A DNA stretch of 64,000 nucleotides from Candidatus Latescibacterota bacterium. GTDB lineage: Bacteria > Latescibacterota > UBA2968 > UBA8231. Positions 17,504 through 27,555 of the stretch are shown piece by piece (position 1 is the first letter of the stretch; each line of letters opens with the position of its first letter). Location: the NCBI GenBank assembly GCA_965215195.1, contig CBDCDC010000002.1:928001-992000 (forward strand), in the 5' to 3' direction. The notes beneath the pieces are model-generated. The model did not search any database, was not told the origin of the DNA, and saw only the letters and a list, made by a program, of their open reading frames with translations. Made by a program: the position numbers and the translations under genes.

Positions 17504-18265
17504 ATGAGGATTTCGCACACATTCGCCGATAAACAAAAAAGCATCTGCAACGATCCAGCCGGCGAGAAACACCCATCCGCTGCGGCCATCCCGACGCCCC
17601 CATTGGAAAACGGCGATCGGCTCACGCGGGAGGAGTTTGAGCGACGCTATAAGGCCATGCCAGACGTAACGAAGGCGGAACTGATCAATGGAGTGGTATA
17701 TATGAGCTCACCTGTTCGCTTTCGCGCTCATGGCAGACCGCACGTATTGCTGCTCACTTGGCTGGGGACATATAGTGCGTTCACGCGAGGGGTCCTTTGT
17801 GCGGATAACACCACAGTTCGCCTCGGGGCAGAGAGCGAGCCGCAGCCAGATGCCTTGCTGCGCCTAGAGCCAGAGGCGGGTGGAAATTCGCGGATTAGCG
17901 CCGACGATTATGTAGAAGGCGCACCAGAGTTGTTAGCCGAAATCGCGGCCAGTAGTGCCTCGTACGATATGCACGATAAAATGGATACCTATCGCCGCAG
18001 CGGCGTGCAGGAGTATCTTGTCTGGCGCGTGTACGACGAGCAACTCGACTGGTTTGCTCTCCGCGACGGTGAGTATATCCGTCTGACGCCTGATGAGTCT
18101 GGCGTGATTTCCAGTCAGGTGTTTCCGGGGCTGCGGTTGTCCTTGTCCGCATTATTGGCGGCTAATGCGGCTCAGGTCGTGGCCGAATTGCAGAAAGGAC
18201 TAGGGACGGCCGAGCACGCCGCGTTTGTCGCCCGACTAGGAGATGCCCACGACCCGTACCAATAG
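17504..18265 (+). CDS. Uma2-family PD-(D/E)xK endonuclease-like protein
   Basis: PPLENGDRLTREEFERRY..AELINGVV..EPQPDA..GAPEL.AEIA..DK..Y..GVQEY; start uncertain. Confidence 0.9.
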   Translation: MRISHTFADKQKSICNDPAGEKHPSAAAIPTPPLENGDRLTREEFERRYKAMPDVTKAELINGVVYMSSPVRFRAHGRPHVLLLTWLGTYSAFTRGVLCADNTTVRLGAESEPQPDALLRLEPEAGGNSRISADDYVEGAPELLAEIAASSASYDMHDKMDTYRRSGVQEYLVWRVYDEQLDWFALRDGEYIRLTPDESGVISSQVFPGLRLSLSALLAANAAQVVAELQKGLGTAEHAAFVARLGDAHDPYQ

Positions 18266-18321
18266 CAGCAAAGTCGGCACCAACGACATTGAAAATCCAC
18301 TTAAACACCGGGAGATATCCT

Positions 18322-19452
18322 ATGCCTAGACACACCCTTCTCTGCACTGTTGGGACGAGCTTGTTCTATCCCAATTTGTCTGGTCTCACTCACGAACCGC
18401 AGGATGACCCCATCCGTGCTGCCTTGGCTAGCGCTTATAACGAACAGAAATGGTCGAAGGTGGCGACTCAGCTATATTTAAATGTCGAACCAACGGAACG
18501 GCTCTGTGGGGCGGAGATCAATTCGGTGACTGATCTCGTCGAGCATGAACCCGTCGAGAAAGGTGCCCTTCACCTGCTATATTCCGATACGGAGGATGGA
18601 AAAGCTATCGCTGCCGTTCTGGAGCACTACTTTAGCCTTGACTGGCAGCAGGTACACACCCATCGCGTGGAGGACTTAAGTGATGAATACCCGAGAGCAT
18701 TTCGGACTCGAGGCTTGCGCAACTTGGCGAAACTCTTCGGTGAACGAGTGCGTGAAGCAGGGGCCGATTTTTGTGCCATAAACGCCACCGGTGGCTATAA
18801 AGCCCAAATCGCCATTGCCGTGCTCATGGGTCAAGCACTCAACATTCCAGTGTATTACAAGCATGAACGCTTTGATGCTATTATCCCCTTTCCCCCTATG
18901 CCGGTGGCCCTCGATTTTGAGCTATGGGAACGGGCCAGCGGCATGTTTATGGTGCTCGGTAAGCCCAACGCGTGTGAGCCGTATGAGAATTTTAGCGAGG
19001 ATTGGGATGAGCGCTTTGAACCGCTGGTCATCCGGGTACGGATTGACGACGAGGATTATCTGGAACTCTCGGCAACCGGCCAGATTTTTCACGACACCTT
19101 CCGATCCCGTTTTCAGCAGCATCAGAGCACTAGGCTTCCGCGTGCCGCACGCGAGGACGAGAAGAGGCCGCCCGCTCTGGGAGCTCACGGCTACAACGAG
19201 GCACGAGACAACATTGAGCGCCATTTGCAAAGAATCACCGATGAACGGCCTTATGTCCGCTCCTGCCATTCGACATACTGGAATCCAGATTTGCCTGAAA
19301 GCAATCGGTTTCGGATGGCAAAAGGGGAAGTCCAAGGCATATACTCGAACGGGACTTGGTGCGTGAAATTTACAGTACGCACGACAGCGGAGGATGAGGA
19401 CCAATTACGGATCGTCGTAGCCGATCTCAATGAGTGGCTAGAGACCGCCTAA
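18322..19452 (+). CDS. APE2256-family CARF effector (CARF-wHTH plus C-terminal RelE/DUF2103-like domain; Cami1-like)
   Basis: LLCTVGTSL, GAEINS, YSDTEDG, INATGGYKA and VYYKHE are CARF motifs; LSATGQI wing; about 110-aa C-terminal alpha/beta domain; GGAG RBS before ATG at 18322. Confidence 0.8.
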   Translation: MPRHTLLCTVGTSLFYPNLSGLTHEPQDDPIRAALASAYNEQKWSKVATQLYLNVEPTERLCGAEINSVTDLVEHEPVEKGALHLLYSDTEDGKAIAAVLEHYFSLDWQQVHTHRVEDLSDEYPRAFRTRGLRNLAKLFGERVREAGADFCAINATGGYKAQIAIAVLMGQALNIPVYYKHERFDAIIPFPPMPVALDFELWERASGMFMVLGKPNACEPYENFSEDWDERFEPLVIRVRIDDEDYLELSATGQIFHDTFRSRFQQHQSTRLPRAAREDEKRPPALGAHGYNEARDNIERHLQRITDERPYVRSCHSTYWNPDLPESNRFRMAKGEVQGIYSNGTWCVKFTVRTTAEDEDQLRIVVADLNEWLETA

Positions 19453-19474
19453 AAGACGCGCCCGGAGCACCCCC

Positions 19475-20512
19475 ATGCTCACCCTCTACGTCACCGAACC
19501 CTCGGCTGTCGTCCGCCGCACGGCCGGCTCCATCACCGTCACGCTCGATGAAGACCCCGACGGCACGGGTCCCCTGCCCGAACGACGGCGACGCTTGCTT
19601 GAAGTTGAGCCGCATCGCTTGGAGCTGATTGCATTGGTGGGCCGCGCCCACATCACCTTAGACGCGACGCGGCTCTGCTTAGAGCAAGGCATTGCAGTCG
19701 CTTGGTTTCGCAGGAACGGCGACTTTGTGGGCCGCCTCGTCCCCGAACTGTCGCGCACGGCCGATCTGCGCTTGGCGCAGTTTCGCCTCGCGGACGACGA
19801 GCACCAAGCACTGCCGCTGGCCCAAACCTTTGTCGCAGCTAAACTCCACAATGCAGCCGGGGTACTCGCGGCCCTGCGCTCCAACCGCCGCAATGAGCCG
19901 ACCCTCGGCCGCGCCATAACCAAACTCAAAGCCATGGCCGCGACCGTAGCCCAAGCACCCACGCGCGAGGCTCTGCTGGGCTTTGAAGGCGATGCGGCCC
20001 GCCGCTACTTTGCGGGCTTCAAGCTCGGGTTCACCAGCGACATTCGCTTTGTTAGCCGCGCCCGCCGGCCGCCGCCGGACCCGGCCAATGCCCTGCTCTC
20101 GTTTGGCTATGTGCTGTTGGCCAATGCCTTGGCCAGCCTTTTGGAGGCCCGTGGTTTTGACCCGTATCTCGGGTTTATGCACACGGTCCGGTCCGGTCGG
20201 CCCAGCTTGGCCCTCGACTTGCTCGAAGAACTGCGGCACCCGGTAGTCGATCGCTTTGTCTTGCGCGTTTGCAATTTGCGCCAACTGCGGCCGGCGCATT
20301 TTGAGGCCGATTCTGCGCGAGGGGGTGTGCGTCTTACACGCGATGGGATGCACATCTTTTTTCGCGCTTGGGAAGCGTTTATGGATGCTCCCCTGCCCGG
20401 AATCGCCGAGAACATCGCACCAGAAAATTTGATTCGCCGTCAAGCCGATCGCTTAGCCGCTCACGTGCGCCAACGCGATCCCTATAAACCCTTGCTTTTG
20501 CGTCGCTTATAA
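19475..20512 (+). CDS. cas1: Cas1 (no RT or Cas4 fusion)
   Basis: LLGFEGDAARRYF, RRPPPDPANALLSFGY, GFDPYLGFMH, LALDLLEELR. Confidence 0.95.
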   Translation: MLTLYVTEPSAVVRRTAGSITVTLDEDPDGTGPLPERRRRLLEVEPHRLELIALVGRAHITLDATRLCLEQGIAVAWFRRNGDFVGRLVPELSRTADLRLAQFRLADDEHQALPLAQTFVAAKLHNAAGVLAALRSNRRNEPTLGRAITKLKAMAATVAQAPTREALLGFEGDAARRYFAGFKLGFTSDIRFVSRARRPPPDPANALLSFGYVLLANALASLLEARGFDPYLGFMHTVRSGRPSLALDLLEELRHPVVDRFVLRVCNLRQLRPAHFEADSARGGVRLTRDGMHIFFRAWEAFMDAPLPGIAENIAPENLIRRQADRLAAHVRQRDPYKPLLLRRL

Positions 20513-20525
20513 AGGAGGACGGCCT

Positions 20526-20813
20526 ATGTCTCACTATGTCGTATGCTACGATGTGGTCGATAACAAACGCCGCTACAAGGTGGCCGCTTGTTTGGATGCT
20601 TATGGCGATCGCGTACAGAACAGCGTGTTTGAACTGCCCATGGATAGCACACTTTTGGACAAGTGCATCGCCGAGGTCGCTGGTCTGATCGACGCGGCCA
20701 AAGACAATGTAGCCATCTATCGCCTCTGCTCGGCCTGTGCGACCGAGCGTTTCTATTTGGGCGTGGGGGAAAAGGCCGAACGCATCGGCGATGAGCAGGT
20801 CTTCATCGCGTGA
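20526..20813 (+). CDS. cas2: Cas2
   Basis: YVVCYDV..RR.KVA..L..YG.RVQNSVFE..D.V.IY.LC; AAGGAGG RBS. Confidence 0.95.
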   Translation: MSHYVVCYDVVDNKRRYKVAACLDAYGDRVQNSVFELPMDSTLLDKCIAEVAGLIDAAKDNVAIYRLCSACATERFYLGVGEKAERIGDEQVFIA

Positions 20814-21009
20814 GCGTCTGTCGTAACCACCGATGCCGCCGCAGAAGCCCCTTGGTTACGAATTTGACTAACCTTTTGAAAACCTTATATTTACGTCCAA
20901 GAGCCGAACTGGTAGCCGCGATATTGGGCGGCATGTGCAAGCCTCAGTCGTTAGGTTACGAAAAGCGTTCAGGTAACTGCTTGTCAGACAAGCAGAAATC
21001 TAGGACGCC
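20814..21009 (+). promoter_or_regulatory. CRISPR leader with direct and inverted motifs and IHF-like sites
   Basis: Relatively AT-rich spacer between cas2 and the first repeat. TCGTAACCA/TGGTTACGA inverted pair; GGTTACGAA at 20854 and 20954; palindrome CTGCTTGTC-A-GACAAGCAG at 20977-20995. Confidence 0.85.
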
Positions 21010-24000
21010 ATGTGAAGTTCTGCCCCGCTTATCAGGGGATTGAAACCTTTCTCTTGGTTGGGGCGCGGCGGCAGGCGCAGCTGGGATGTGAAGTTCTGCC
21101 CCGCTTATCAGGGGATTGAAACTAGAGAACACCCAGCTCATCTTCGGGGCGCCCCCCTTCCATGTGAAGTTCTGCCCCGCTTATCAGGGGATTGAAACCA
21201 TTGACATCGCCATTCATGCGATCAAGCGCGTGGCGGCGGTCCATGTGAAGTTCTGCCCCGCTTATCAGGGGATTGAAACCCCTCGTGGAAGCCCTCGCCC
21301 CGGTGCGCCAGCAAGACGCGCTGGATGTGAAGTTCTGCCCCGCTTATCAGGGGATTGAAACCGTCCCCCGCGCTGCCGATGAGGGGCCAGACATGGGCGG
21401 TGGATGTGAAGTTCTGCCCCGCTTATCAGGGGATTGAAACTCCTGATCTTGGCAGAACAGGGCGTCGTCCCCCGTCATATGTGAAGTTCTGCCCCGCTTA
21501 TCAGGGGATTGAAACACTACCCCACCCTCGGCTTCGACGACATCGTGGGCTTATGTGAAGTTCTGCCCCGCTTATCAGGGGATTGAAACGGGTGTCGGGG
21601 GGAGCCGCGCCCGCTACCGGGCGGACCTGTATGTGAAGTTCTGCCCCGCTTATCAGGGGATTGAAACGATGGCTTCTATGAGGGAGTTGATACCACCCCC
21701 AACTATGTGAAGTTCTGCCCCGCTTATCAGGGGATTGAAACTAACTCGAGAGATTGACAGTTAGATTCTAACAATTAAAATGTGAAGTTCTGCCCCGCTT
21801 ATCAGGGGATTGAAACTCGGTCGCTGTTCTCTGGTGTATCCGCGCCTCCGGTCAAAATGTGAAGTTCTGCCCCGCTTATCAGGGGATTGAAACCCGGTGA
21901 ACCCACTGCTCTAGATGGGTCACCCGCGTCGAAATAATGTGAAGTTCTGCCCCGCTTATCAGGGGATTGAAACCCTCGCTATCCGCACTATTGCGGATTT
22001 TGTCGTGTAGTTATGTGAAGTTCTGCCCCGCTTATCAGGGGATTGAAACCCGATTGACCTCGCGAAACTGGGTAGGGATCATCACTCCATCATGTGAAGT
22101 TCTGCCCCGCTTATCAGGGGATTGAAACTCTTCTCCATTGAGAAGTTCGTTTGCTACATGGGCCATATGTGAAGTTCTGCCCCGCTTATCAGGGGATTGA
22201 AACGAGCAGAGCCGCGCTCTCCGCCGCTTCGGCGATACTGAAAAAATGTGAAGTTCTGCCCCGCTTATCAGGGGATTGAAACACGTGGTGCCTGTGCGAC
22301 GCCTGCGCCTTGGAGGCGTGGCATGTGAAGTTCTGCCCCGCTTATCAGGGGATTGAAACAAAGCGTCCGCCGCCGCCCACGCATCGAGGCCCCGGCAGCA
22401 AATGTGAAGTTCTGCCCCGCTTATCAGGGGATTGAAACCTGACCTCATTGGGGGGCACCCTCTATATGAGCGACGCGATGTGAAGTTCTGCCCCGCTTAT
22501 CAGTGCGGCAGCGCCGGATGCACGCAGTACACGGCCCCTAAGTGAGCGACGCGATGTGAAGTTCTGCCCCGCTTATCAGGGGATTGAAACCGGGTACCAG
22601 CCTGACCCATGCTCAGACGGCCCATGAGCAAGATGTGAAGTTCTGCCCCGCTTATCAGGGGATTGAAACGGCCTTGGGGCCGACGGGGGGCGGCTTTACA
22701 CGTTCAGCGATGTGAAGTTCTGCCCCGCTTATCAGGGGATTGAAACCTCGGCCTCAGTTGCCAGCGACGCACCGTTATACGCAGCCATGTGAAGTTCTGC
22801 CCCGCTTATCAGGGGATTGAAACTGGAGCACCGCGCCCTCCCAGATGTACCGCCGCCCCATGTGAAGTTCTGCCCCGCTTATCAGGGGATTGAAACGAGC
22901 AGAGCCGCGCTCTCCGCCGCTTCGGCGATACTGAAAAAATGTGAAGTTCTGCCCCGCTTATCAGGGGATTGAAACACGTGGTGCCTGTGCGACGCCTGCG
23001 CCTTGGAGGCGTGGCATGTGAAGTTCTGCCCCGCTTATCAGGGGATTGAAACGACAACTATAATACGTACCATGGGATTTCTCCTTTTTATATGTGAAGT
23101 TCTGCCCCGCTTATCAGGGGATTGAAACATGCCCGTGGCGTAGGTGAGGCCCAGCTCCTGCGTGTCGTCATGTGAAGTTCTGCCCCGCTTATCAGGGGAT
23201 TGAAACGTGGGGTCCTCCCCTGTCGTCAGCACAGCCGTCGGAAGGATGTGAAGTTCTGCCCCGCTTATCAGGGGATTGAAACGTAGCCAGCCGCCACCGT
23301 GTAAACTTCGGTGGAGGCGACCTTATGTGAAGTTCTGCCCCGCTTATCAGGGGATTGAAACTCCACGTACGACGCTATCTCGTCGCGGAAGGCCTCGATC
23401 CCATGTGAAGTTCTGCCCCGCTTATCAGGGGATTGAAACTTTGGTAGTGCCATAGTGTTTCCGTATTGCGAGTTTCACATGTGAAGTTCTGCCCCGCTTA
23501 TCAGGGGATTGAAACATGGTTCTCTCACTCTCTTGAAACAATTCTTCTGTTTTTTCCATGTGAAGTTCTGCCCCGCTTATCAGGGGATTGAAACGTAGCC
23601 AATTCGCGTTGCGTTGCGTAACTCGGCGCCCTCGCTATGTGAAGTTCTGCCCCGCTTATCAGGGGATTGAAACCAAGGCCACTCAAGGTTGCAACGCGGG
23701 CCTGCGGGTCCATGTGAAGTTCTGCCCCGCTTATCAGGGGATTGAAACGATGATTCCGAACGGACCCTGATCGATCGTCAAGCCGATATGTGAAGTTCTG
23801 CCCCGCTTATCAGGGGATTGAAACCGCCGCCTAGCGCAGCACCTGGCGGCATTGTCCCCGGCGATGTGAAGTTCTGCCCCGCTTATCAGGGGATTGAAAC
23901 GACGGCCTGAGCGTCTAGTCGGGCTTGCTTTTCTTTCTCATGTGAAGTTCTGCCCCGCTTATCAGGGGATTGAAACGGCCCTTGGCGAGGTAATACATCC

Positions 24001-26510
24001 CCGTGCATACAGCCCCATGTGAAGTTCTGCCCCGCTTATCAGGGGATTGAAACTTGGGGGACCTGGGCTTCATACGGCTGGGGCGCGGCCGTATGTGAAG
24101 TTCTGCCCCGCTTATCAGGGGATTGAAACATCCGCTTCATGGTATTCTCCATGTTTCGGGTCATCCCCCCATGTGAAGTTCTGCCCCGCTTATCAGGGGA
24201 TTGAAACCTATCAACGTGTGCGCCAGATCAGTCCCCCTCGTCGAAGAGCCATGTGAAGTTCTGCCCCGCTTATCAGGGGATTGAAACGCGATGACTCGGA
24301 TGGGGGGCACTCGCGGGTACGCGACTATGTGAAGTTCTGCCCCGCTTATCAGGGGATTGAAACCCAGCCGGCCACGCAGCAGGGCGTGTTACACAGGAGG
24401 GATGTGAAGTTCTGCCCCGCTTATCAGGGGATTGAAACCTGCGACGCCGGGCGAGTCCAGATCCGCGGCCAGCAGGCATGTGAAGTTCTGCCCCGCTTAT
24501 CAGGGGATTGAAACGACACCATCCCCTTTGGAGGAGGCCGAGTGCCTTTTCATGTGAAGTTCTGCCCCGCTTATCAGGGGATTGAAACCCCCACAGGGGC
24601 AGCCCTTGGCAGACGCCGGCGAGGATACGATGTGAAGTTCTGCCCCGCTTATCAGGGGATTGAAACCCCCACAGGTCGCGGGGCGTGGTGTGCTCCTCGT
24701 CGAGATGTGAAGTTCTGCCCCGCTTATCAGGGGATTGAAACCCTTTAATCAGCTTTCGCTGACCCCTCAGGAATCACCCCCCATGTGAAGTTCTGCCCCG
24801 CTTATCAGGGGATTGAAACATTTGCTTGGCCATGCTTAGCGAACATTCCAGCTGGATAACCAATGTGAAGTTCTGCCCCGCTTATCAGGGGATTGAAACT
24901 CCTGCTTCTTAAATTTGCCACCACTCTCAGTGATGGCGTTATGTGAAGTTCTGCCCCGCTTATCAGGGGATTGAAACTCTACTGGTGCTATCAACTCCTG
25001 CACACCGACACGAACCTTGATGTGAAGTTCTGCCCCGCTTATCAGGGGATTGAAACCGGGCCTTTTGTGTAGTACAGAATCGTGTCGTGTCCCATGTGAA
25101 GTTCTGCCCCGCTTATCAGGGGATTGAAACACCGTGCGGCTTGCTCCTCGGTCAAGGCGATGTCGAAGTATATGTGAAGTTCTGCCCCGCTTATCAGGGG
25201 ATTGAAACGTAGACGACAAGGCCACGCGGGAGGATTTGTCGGCGGCGGGATGTGAAGTTCTGCCCCGCTTATCAGGGGATTGAAACGCGCGGCCGGCGGC
25301 TCTGTGCAGCGGCCTTTTTCCTTGATGTGAAGTTCTGCCCCGCTTATCAGGGGATTGAAACCCGCAGCCCCCGGCCGAGACGGCTGCGGGGGGCCTCGGC
25401 GAGATGTGAAGTTCTGCCCCGCTTATCAGGGGATTGAAACGGAACGCCATGAAGTACATTATCGAGGAGTTCTCACCGTCGGATGTGAAGTTCTGCCCCG
25501 CTTATCAGGGGATTGAAACCTCTACTTCGGCCTCCTCTTCGTTCTCATCGAGGAGAAGATGTGAAGTTCTGCCCCGCTTATCAGGGGATTGAAACTGAAT
25601 GGGCGAGAGGGACCGGCAGCCGTTGAAGCCGACATGTGAAGTTCTGCCCCGCTTATCAGGGGATTGAAACTGACCCGACGCTGCCCCCGTCTCCTAGTGG
25701 GCTGACCCTATGTGAAGTTCTGCCCCGCTTATCAGGGGATTGAAACGCGGCCATGAGCTGTTTGTCCGCCTCTTTTTCCGCCGAATGTGAAGTTCTGCCC
25801 CGCTTATCAGGGGATTGAAACCAAGGCCTGCTGGCCCCGTAGAGCCACGACCGGGAGAGGCACATGTGAAGTTCTGCCCCGCTTATCAGGGGATTGAAAC
25901 CGTAGACCTCGGGCTGGACGCTGGGCACCCAGAAGTCGAGATGTGAAGTTCTGCCCCGCTTATCAGGGGATTGAAACCCGCCGCCAACGCCAACCCCTTC
26001 ACGGAGTCGGTCGGGGCATGTGAAGTTCTGCCCCGCTTATCAGGGGATTGAAACTGGCGTCGCTCGTCGCGCGGGCAATTGCCGTTGTCTTGGCATGTGA
26101 AGTTCTGCCCCGCTTATCAGGGGATTGAAACTCGCTTTGCGCCATTTCAGTGTAGGCCAACCAAGCATACCCATGTGAAGTTCTGCCCCGCTTATCAGGG
26201 GATTGAAACCGCAAGGACTCCATATTTCCCTCCTTGTTTTATGGCGTATGTGAAGTTCTGCCCCGCTTATCAGGGGATTGAAACCTCGCCGCCGGTCAGC
26301 CCCAGCGCATCCAGGTCCAGATGTGAAGTTCTGCCCCGCTTATCAGGGGATTGAAATTGAACTGATCGCCGTCGAGCTCGTACGGCTTCTCCATGTATGT
26401 GAAGTTCTGCCCCGCTTATCAGGGGATTGAAACCGCTTAGCCCGGTCCTCGGCGGATAGGCCCAGCTCATCGGATGTGAAGTTCTGTCCTGCTTATCAGG
26501 GGATTGACGA
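21010..26510 (+). CRISPR. CRISPR array, 37-bp repeat ATGTGAAGTTCTGCCCCGCTTATCAGGGGATTGAAAC, about 72 repeats / 71 spacers (36-45 nt)
   Basis: Hand count. The 3' ATTGAAAC handle, the leader at left and a degenerate terminal repeat at 26474-26510 give + orientation. One truncated repeat at 22478-22503. Confidence 0.99.
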
Positions 26511-26564
26511 CCCTGCCAGTACATTTGTTGTTTGTCGCCTATAAATAGATCGGCACAAGCCGCT

Positions 26565-27380
26565 ATGCACTGGCACAAACACCTCGAAGTGCTGCTTTCT
26601 CGCGTTCAGATACAGGCGTGGCAACTTCTGCTCGACACGCCCGAGGTGCGGGCGACCGCGCCCATGTTGCGCGGCGTCTGGGGACGCGCACTGCGACATT
26701 TGGATGAGGAAGTTTATCAGCAGGTTTTTGCAGGCAAAGCATTGGGACATCGCCGCATCCCCCGCTACATCCTGCGACCTGCCCCCCCCGACCCGGCGAT
26801 TGCACCGGCTATCGAGTGGATCCTGCTCGGGGTGGATGAGGAACTGGAGGAAGTGCTGTGGCGGGCATGGGATGTGGCCAGCGGCATGGGGCTGGGGCCG
26901 GAGCGCGTACCGTTTCGCATCCGCGAGCGGCGGCCCCTCAGCGCGGGCCAATCCGACTGGCCCCTGACCGGCGATCCAGCCACAACGCCGTGCAGCCTAC
27001 AGTTTGGTACGCCGCTGCGCCTACTCCGCCGCGGCACCCTCCTTGCGGCACCCGACTTAGCGGCCATCGCCACAGCCGCTATGCGCCGCTATGCTGGCCT
27101 AGCCGGTATAACCGGCGGAGAATCCTACCGCGACTTGATGCGAGCCGTCAAGCAGCAAGCCGCCGCAACGCCGGCCGCCCCTTGGCGCGGTGGTCGGCTC
27201 GATTTTTTGCGCTGGTCCAGCACCCAACAGCGCGAGCTAAACCTGCGCGGCGTAGTCGGCGCGTTGGACTTGCCCGCTGGTCCCGGCCCGCTCTGGCCCC
27301 TGTTGGCCGCATCCTGTTGGACCCACATTGGCAAAGGCGCGGTATTTGGCTTAGGCCAATTGTGCATCGAAAAATCCTGA
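26565..27380 (+). CDS. cas6: Cas6 crRNA-processing endoribonuclease
   Basis: MLRGVWGRAL, F.TPLRL, RWSSTQQR, and C-terminal glycine-rich loop HIGKGAVFGLG; adjacent to the array. Confidence 0.85.
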   Translation: MHWHKHLEVLLSRVQIQAWQLLLDTPEVRATAPMLRGVWGRALRHLDEEVYQQVFAGKALGHRRIPRYILRPAPPDPAIAPAIEWILLGVDEELEEVLWRAWDVASGMGLGPERVPFRIRERRPLSAGQSDWPLTGDPATTPCSLQFGTPLRLLRRGTLLAAPDLAAIATAAMRRYAGLAGITGGESYRDLMRAVKQQAAATPAAPWRGGRLDFLRWSSTQQRELNLRGVVGALDLPAGPGPLWPLLAASCWTHIGKGAVFGLGQLCIEKS

Positions 27381-27555
27381 GCTATACCACCTCCCGCTCC
27401 CTTCTCCGCGTATGCGCTGCGCTCCGTTGCCCCTTCCGCTCGGACAATTGCATGGTTCGGCTCCGCTTCAGAGCATTAAAAAGGGCGGCCATCTCAATGT
27501 GCTAAGATGACCACCCTCGCGTCGTACAGCGCCCAATCCTGAGCTACCCGGGCCG

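Noticed and set aside
19475-20512. Possible RT-Cas1 or Cas4-Cas1 fusion
   Set aside because: 345 aa, with no YADD motif or Fe-S cysteine cluster; a plain Cas1.
23825-25403. Hairpin-like spacers (e.g. CCGCAGCC..GGCTGCGG)
   Set aside because: Expected by chance in GC-rich 40-mers; not distinguishable without folding statistics.
20810-26578. Many ORFs with repeated VKFCPAYQGIET or FQSPDKRGRTSH peptides
   Set aside because: These are translations of the CRISPR repeat, not genes.
27373-27546. 12-bp direct repeat AATCCTGAGCTA flanking about 150 bp after cas6, with a faint PIN-like peptide (LYDARVVILAH) on the minus strand
   Set aside because: Possibly another insertion scar, but too short and degenerate to support a call.
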